From positions 50,425 to 114,424 of the forward strand of contig CAYRUR010000001.1 of assembly GCA_964427615.1 (NCBI GenBank): a stretch of DNA of 64,000 nucleotides, read 5' to 3'. Positions 60,714 to 64,000 of this stretch are shown one piece after another; position 1 is the first letter of the stretch; every line of letters starts with the position of its first letter. The position numbers were made by a program, and so were the translations under genes. The notes under the pieces are model-generated. The model was not told where the DNA came from, searched no databases, and was given only the letters and a program-made list of their open reading frames with translations. The stretch comes from an uncultured Gammaproteobacteria bacterium. Lineage in GTDB: Bacteria; Patescibacteriota; Microgenomatia; Levybacterales; GWA1-39-11.

Positions 60714-61397
60714 TTATTGTTTTACCCGGTAAAAGTGTTGATAAAGTTCAACTAAGCGTACTTTGTCATCTGTAACTCTACAATCACTATCTCCATTTGA
60801 TTCTACTGCCTCGAAACGAATATCGTCAAGTTGTCGTTTGACAAACAAAATATGTCCTGGATAACCAAGATTTACTCCGATATCTCCTGGTTGCAATTTT
60901 TCCGTGTTTGGAATTTTGACAAACGTAATACCTCCAAAAGTATAACTATTTTCAGTTACTGCTCCAGCATAACCTTGTTTAAAGGTATCGGTTGTGCCAG
61001 TAATTAATGAAGTTACTATTCCTATAAATCCCAGACATTGAGTACATCCATCTGCAAAGCTTCCTTGTCTACGTTGTTCAAATGTTCTGATTTGTTCTTC
61101 TGAATATCCGGAAGAGAGGAGCTGATCATGCAAACAATTATTTAAACCTACTCTTGCGTGGGTATACCCTGCAGAACATTTGTCATATGCAAGTTTTGTA
61201 GCAATTGCAGCTTTTAAAATGTCACTATTAACTCCATCAAGGGCGGGTGGAAGAACTGCTGGATCTCCGACACTAGTTCTGACTGTCTCACTTTTTTGCG
61301 TAGCAGCCAGGGCAGGACTTACTAGATTGAAAAGTAAGATAACTGGCATGATGATAGTGAATATGTAATTGTACTTTCTCATTGTTCTTGTAACCAT
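60714..61397 (-). CDS. Secreted CHAP-domain-like amidase/peptidase
   Basis: Signal/TM at the N-terminus. CTQCLGFIGIV ... GDIGVNLGYPGHILFV fits the Cys...His CHAP arrangement. Confidence 0.45.
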   Translation of the reverse strand: MVTRTMRKYNYIFTIIMPVILLFNLVSPALAATQKSETVRTSVGDPAVLPPALDGVNSDILKAAIATKLAYDKCSAGYTHARVGLNNCLHDQLLSSGYSEEQIRTFEQRRQGSFADGCTQCLGFIGIVTSLITGTTDTFKQGYAGAVTENSYTFGGITFVKIPNTEKLQPGDIGVNLGYPGHILFVKRQLDDIRFEAVESNGDSDCRVTDDKVRLVELYQHFYRVKQ

Positions 61398-61957
61398 TGT
61401 TCTGCTCGTTCTTGGATAAAGGCTCTATCTCCCCAATTGATATACATGTTTTCAGGTTTTGCTCCGTGCTCTTTAAGAATAGTGTAAATGATATTAACTG
61501 CTTCTAAAAAGGTACTGCGCTCTTCTGCATATTGAGCGTGAGTAGCAGGAATTGTGTAGTCAATACCACCTATGTATACAGGTAGTACCCATGGTCTTGT
61601 TTCAAGTCCATTAGTTGAAATAATAATGTCTACTATTCTTCCTGTTGAAAGCGTGTATGGTCTTTTGATGGGCAGATAGGGTAACACTTTTTTGATTTCT
61701 GCAGTAGAGGCCTCTACTTTATCTTCGTTTGTATTTACACCCCCTCCTTGTGATGAGGGGATAGTGGGAATGGTTCTAGTGCTTGGAGGTGGGGTAACTT
61801 CTTTTAAGAATTCTCTTCTGAAATAAGGAGAAGAAGTAGGAGTTGGAGTGAGGTTGGGTTTTTCTGATGTATTTTGCGAGCGAAATAAACTAGAGATGAT
61901 GTAGAAAAAGAGAAAGAATATAGAAATAAAAATGATGATATAGATTGTCTTTTTCAT
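61379..61957 (-). CDS. Secreted or membrane-anchored hypothetical protein
   Basis: N-terminal TM, a Pro/Thr-rich linker, and a C-terminal globular region. No motif recognised. Confidence 0.4.
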   Translation of the reverse strand: MKKTIYIIIFISIFFLFFYIISSLFRSQNTSEKPNLTPTPTSSPYFRREFLKEVTPPPSTRTIPTIPSSQGGGVNTNEDKVEASTAEIKKVLPYLPIKRPYTLSTGRIVDIIISTNGLETRPWVLPVYIGGIDYTIPATHAQYAEERSTFLEAVNIIYTILKEHGAKPENMYINWGDRAFIQERAEQWLQEQ

Positions 61958-61963
61958 TGTGTA

Positions 61964-63961
61964 TTACTGAGCAAATCTACTAACTCCTAGCATAGCTGAT
62001 GCTGCTCCAAGTCTTCTATCTAGTGTAGGGTCGCAAGCGGTAAAATCAGCACAGAAAATGATGAACATTTGCTCATGCTTTCTATCATACAGGTTCATAA
62101 CGTACGTGTCATCTTCTCCTGTAAATTCTGGAGGGCAGTAGGCATAAGGAGTAGGATATCGAGGGTTACAGTTAGCATTACCCCCACCGTTATAGTAGGA
62201 AAAAGACTTTACGAGTGCTGCAAAATCAGCTGGTACTTCGCCTCCATTTTTCCCTTTGAGATGATTTCCAGCATAAATAGCTGAGTCAAGTAAAGTTCTA
62301 AAGCCACATCCTCCTCCTGGCAGAGGAATGGGCTTGCCCGGTCCAGCTCCTTGACTGCAGCCTCCACTGATGACGATATCTGGTTCATTTTGACCAATTG
62401 TTCTGCCACTGACTAAAGATTTATCAGGTCCCATATTTCCTTCCCGGTAATGTAGTCCTGCAAGTACTTGCCAGGGTACTCCTGTAGCTTCTGAAGCTTG
62501 CTGGTACACCTCTACATTCGAAGGATGGGTTTTATAAAGGAGTTCTGCAACTTCTTTTTGAGCGGCATCAGCTTTTTCAGTCGATTCAGTTGCAGGTAGG
62601 AAAGAAAGGCCTGTTGCTGATCTGCCTATGCCAGCAGCTCGTGCTTCCAGGTAATTATCAATTACTGTATTATCTTCTGTAGGTTTGAGTACAATATGCA
62701 GGGTGTAGCGTCTGGTACCACTCAATTGGTTAAAGCCAGCGTTGTATACCCCTGCGATGAGATTAACAACTTTTTGTCTGTTATAGTAACTGGAACTCCA
62801 ACTCTCCATACGATCAGCAATAGAAATGACTCCATTGTTATCCACATAGGTCTTAAATTTTTTTACCACAAGATAGGTGCCAATAGCATCATCTTTGAAT
62901 AAAATACCTGCGAGCTCATGCGATCTTCTATCCCCTGCTATGTACCCGTTGACGATCATATCTATAGTTACATCAGAGGGAAATTTGCCTCCTTCAAAAG
63001 TGATTGCTTTGCTTCTGGTATCGCGTGTTTTTGACTGATCAATTACCCGTTGTCCAATAGATTGAATAGAGGTACTGGCAGGATACATCTTCTCAATTGC
63101 TTCTTTTAGGTTCTCAATTTCATCACGAGGGTGATTACCATACCCTACTTGCCATTCTCTGCCAAAGTAAGGACAGGGAGAATTGGGGTCAAAATCGCTG
63201 TCATTGCAGTTGTCCATATACGTATTAAAGTGATCCTCAATCCAAGCCCACATACTTGCCAGGCCTACCAGCCCTGCGTCAGAATCAATCATCTCTGCTG
63301 CTTTGACTGCATGAGGCATAAAGTATGTTTTGTAGCGCGCTAGTTCATCAGGGGTCATAGCAGTGGGAGTGGTAGGAGCAGGAAAGCCATAGCGTTGGAA
63401 TAAGGTTTGAGGAAAGGTATTTTTGGCACTAGCTGATCCTTCTGCGCCCTCCGGTTGGAGGCTATTGAGCTTCCAGATAATATTGGAAGCATTGACGGTG
63501 TGCGGTTCTGTAGCAGAGACAAATGTGGCATTGGAAGGAATAGGATCAATAATCGTAATATCATCATTACCGGTATAGGTGATGTGAGCCACATACTCAA
63601 TATTTTGCCCATTATCTATTTTGTTTGGTCCCGTAAGCGAGATCGTCAGCCCGGGAATACTATCTGCAGTGTCTTCTTGGTCATAGTCTCCAGTAATAAA
63701 AAGAATAAGTATGATTAGAAATAAAAATAGAAAAAGTAAAAAGATAATGCCTCCAATAATGAGAATTGGAGCCCATACCTCACTCGTTGCAGCAGCTGTT
63801 CCAGCAGTCCTTGCTGCTGTAAAGGCAGTACGTGCTCTTTTTAGTTTGTTAGCAAGATTTCTGCCTCTTCGGAGTGTGTCGTATCCTGATTTGATTCTTT
63901 CGCCTGTTTGCTGCCTTCTTTGATTTCGTTCTTCTTGTAGTTCTTGATCTTGATTATCCAT
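61964..63961 (-). CDS. Large membrane-anchored extracellular protein, possibly cell-wall hydrolase-related
   Basis: 665 aa with a basic N-terminus, one TM, and a long extracellular region with Cys pairs and a Gly-rich C-terminal segment. Function unknown. Confidence 0.4.
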   Translation of the reverse strand: MDNQDQELQEERNQRRQQTGERIKSGYDTLRRGRNLANKLKRARTAFTAARTAGTAAATSEVWAPILIIGGIIFLLFLFLFLIILILFITGDYDQEDTADSIPGLTISLTGPNKIDNGQNIEYVAHITYTGNDDITIIDPIPSNATFVSATEPHTVNASNIIWKLNSLQPEGAEGSASAKNTFPQTLFQRYGFPAPTTPTAMTPDELARYKTYFMPHAVKAAEMIDSDAGLVGLASMWAWIEDHFNTYMDNCNDSDFDPNSPCPYFGREWQVGYGNHPRDEIENLKEAIEKMYPASTSIQSIGQRVIDQSKTRDTRSKAITFEGGKFPSDVTIDMIVNGYIAGDRRSHELAGILFKDDAIGTYLVVKKFKTYVDNNGVISIADRMESWSSSYYNRQKVVNLIAGVYNAGFNQLSGTRRYTLHIVLKPTEDNTVIDNYLEARAAGIGRSATGLSFLPATESTEKADAAQKEVAELLYKTHPSNVEVYQQASEATGVPWQVLAGLHYREGNMGPDKSLVSGRTIGQNEPDIVISGGCSQGAGPGKPIPLPGGGCGFRTLLDSAIYAGNHLKGKNGGEVPADFAALVKSFSYYNGGGNANCNPRYPTPYAYCPPEFTGEDDTYVMNLYDRKHEQMFIIFCADFTACDPTLDRRLGAASAMLGVSRFAQ

Positions 63962-64000
63962 AATCTACATCTTAGGCAGAAGGATTGGGAGTTGGTGTAT

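Noticed and set aside
1-64000. CRISPR arrays and rRNA genes
   Set aside because: No regularly spaced direct repeats of 25-40 bp and no rRNA-like conserved stretches were seen in any intergenic region.

Overview
This is a low-GC, gene-dense bacterial window. The gene content suggests a Patescibacteria/CPR-like organism (short YidC, DUF4012-like giant protein, an intron-bearing tRNA, many small secreted proteins), but that is inference, not proof. Core genes are read directly from the translations: an rpmH-rnpA-yidC-jag cluster, two class A PBPs, gap and gmk, a pfkB/fba/rpiB/rpe sugar-phosphate operon, a P-type ATPase, comM/yifB-like, dnaG, two tandem sigma-70 paralogs, truB, sod, a two-component pair, folC-like, clpB and dnaA-dnaN. 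An accessory region spans about 27.8 to 44 kb. It begins with a tRNA (probably Asn-GUU) that is split by a ~568-nt group I intron carrying an HNH homing-endonuclease ORF. Next comes an intact large serine recombinase abutting the tRNA 3' end, followed by cargo genes (XRE regulator, zinc-ribbon protein, DUF4143-type ATPase, DUF4238-like protein). A second, 5'-truncated serine recombinase is interrupted by an IS481-family transposase. Beyond it lie a MoxR-type AAA+ / vWA gene pair and a convergent four-gene operon encoding two proteins with HEPN-like Rx4H motifs, one of them resembling the TIGR02391/Abi_C family. A 500-bp AT-rich intergenic region at ~46.2-46.4 kb carries a cluster of DnaA-box-like 9-mers, 11 kb from dnaA. 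All calls come from reading the sequence and ORF translations. No database searches were possible, so family assignments rest on recognised motifs and are graded accordingly.
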